A DNA stretch of 38,792 nt from Bifidobacterium breve (GTDB lineage Bacteria > Actinomycetota > Acidimicrobiia > IMCC26256): the NCBI GenBank assembly GCA_945907055.1, contig CAMDSG010000001.1:1-38792 (forward strand), given 5' to 3'. Both the position numbers and the translations under genes were made by a program. The notes beneath the pieces were generated by a model that was not told where the DNA came from, made no database searches, and saw only the letters and a list, made by a program, of their open reading frames with translations. Below are positions 37,731-38,792 of the stretch, in pieces; positions within the stretch are counted from its first letter, which is position 1; each line of letters opens with the position of its first letter.

Positions 37731-38792
37731 TCAGGATCCTTCCTCGAGCCGGTCGGCCCAACCTTCATCTATCTCGGCAGGAACACCCTTAGCGAGCGCT
37801 CCTGGTGGGACATCGCGTGTAACAACTGATCCAGCGGCGGTATACGCACCGTCGCCAATACTTACTGGTGCACGCAGAACCGTATTAGATCCGATGCGAA
37901 CATCCGCTCCAATAACGCTCTGATGCTTCATCTTGCCGTCGTAGTTCGCAGTGATGGTCCCCGCTCCGATATTGGAGCGAGCACCTATTTTTGCATCCCC
38001 GATATATGCAAGATGAGGGATCTTGGCACCCTCCTCGACCTCAACGTTCTTTAGCTCCACATAAGTACCAACATGGACCCCTGCTGCAAGTCTGGTCCCT
38101 GGCCGTAACGACGCGTAGGGGCCGACTGTGCAGTCGGGGCCGATCTGAGAGTCGCGAGCATTCGTGCTCTGCACAACTGAGCGCTCACCCACTTGCGTAT
38201 TGATGAGTCGAGAATTAGGCCCAATGATTGCTCCGGAGGCAACTCTTGTATCGCCCTCAAGAATTGTTCCAGGGAGGAGTCGAACATCGGCTTCGAGAGT
38301 GACACTTGCATCTATATATGTTGCACTCGGATCGACCATCGTCACCCCCTCACGCATCCATCGAGTGTTGATACGTTCGCGCAGCACTCGCTCTGCAGCG
38401 CTCAGTTGGACTCGATCATTTACACCCATGCACTCAAGATGGTCATTAGCGGTCAAGGCAGCGACGCTATGCCCCGCCTCTCTAAGGACTCCGATTACGT
38501 CGGTGAGGTAATACTCGCCCTGTGCATTTGTCGCAGTTAAGCGGCGGAGCGCTGGAGCAAGGAGGCTGCGCTTAAAGCAATAAATAGCAGGGTTAACCTC
38601 CTTGATTGCTAGCTCGCTCTCGTCGGCATCAGACTGCTCCACGATGCGTGCTACTAGTCCTCTTGCATCACGAACAATGCGCCCGTATCCAGTCGGGTCC
38701 TCTAGATGCATCGTAAGCAGTGTCGCCGCAGCATCGCTCTCGCGATGTAGCAGCACTAGTTCCTCTATCGTCTCCGTGCGAAGTAGTGGAAC
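37731..38792 (-). CDS. glmU: Bifunctional UDP-GlcNAc pyrophosphorylase/acetyltransferase GlmU (5' end outside window)
   Basis: GYGRIVR, NAQGEYYLTD, GVNDR, hexapeptide repeats, HLAYIGD, NIGAGTITANYDG. Confidence 0.97.
   Translation of the reverse strand, partial: VPLLRTETIEELVLLHRESDAAATLLTMHLEDPTGYGRIVRDARGLVARIVEQSDADESELAIKEVNPAIYCFKRSLLAPALRRLTATNAQGEYYLTDVIGVLREAGHSVAALTANDHLECMGVNDRVQLSAAERVLRERINTRWMREGVTMVDPSATYIDASVTLEADVRLLPGTILEGDTRVASGAIIGPNSRLINTQVGERSVVQSTNARDSQIGPDCTVGPYASLRPGTRLAAGVHVGTYVELKNVEVEEGAKIPHLAYIGDAKIGARSNIGAGTITANYDGKMKHQSVIGADVRIGSNTVLRAPVSIGDGAYTAAGSVVTRDVPPGALAKGVPAEIDEGWADRLEEGS

Overview
Gene-dense chromosomal window of mid-50s % GC (estimated by eye). It is most likely from an actinobacterium of class Acidimicrobiia, inferred from F420-dependent enzymes, DUF501, leaderless-type promoters and the gene order. 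The right half (24.5-38.8 kb, minus strand) is the conserved housekeeping block glmU(partial)-prs-rplY-pth-mfd-PPIase lipoprotein-yabN/mazG-[Adc-family, SDR inserted]-eno-ftsB-DUF501-ppx, with tRNA-Leu(TAA) further downstream. The left half is mixed lipid/CoA metabolism and envelope genes. It includes what looks like the lower ethylmalonyl-CoA pathway (MaoC hydratase, malyl-CoA-lyase-like protein, two different methylsuccinyl-CoA-dehydrogenase-like ACADs), an NlpC/P60 endopeptidase, F420 oxidoreductases and orn. No CRISPR, integrase, transposase or prophage was seen. Best leads: (1) a hypothetical gene with a PafBC-like leaderless promoter that reads in frame into tRNA-Leu and uses the TAA anticodon as its stop codon; (2) a carboxylesterase/thioesterase-thioredoxin fusion; (3) G-X-S/T triplet tails shared by unrelated exported proteins; (4) a 16-bp tandem repeat in a divergent promoter; (5) a structured 5' leader on the NlpC/P60 gene. 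Family calls come from motif recognition only, with no database search.
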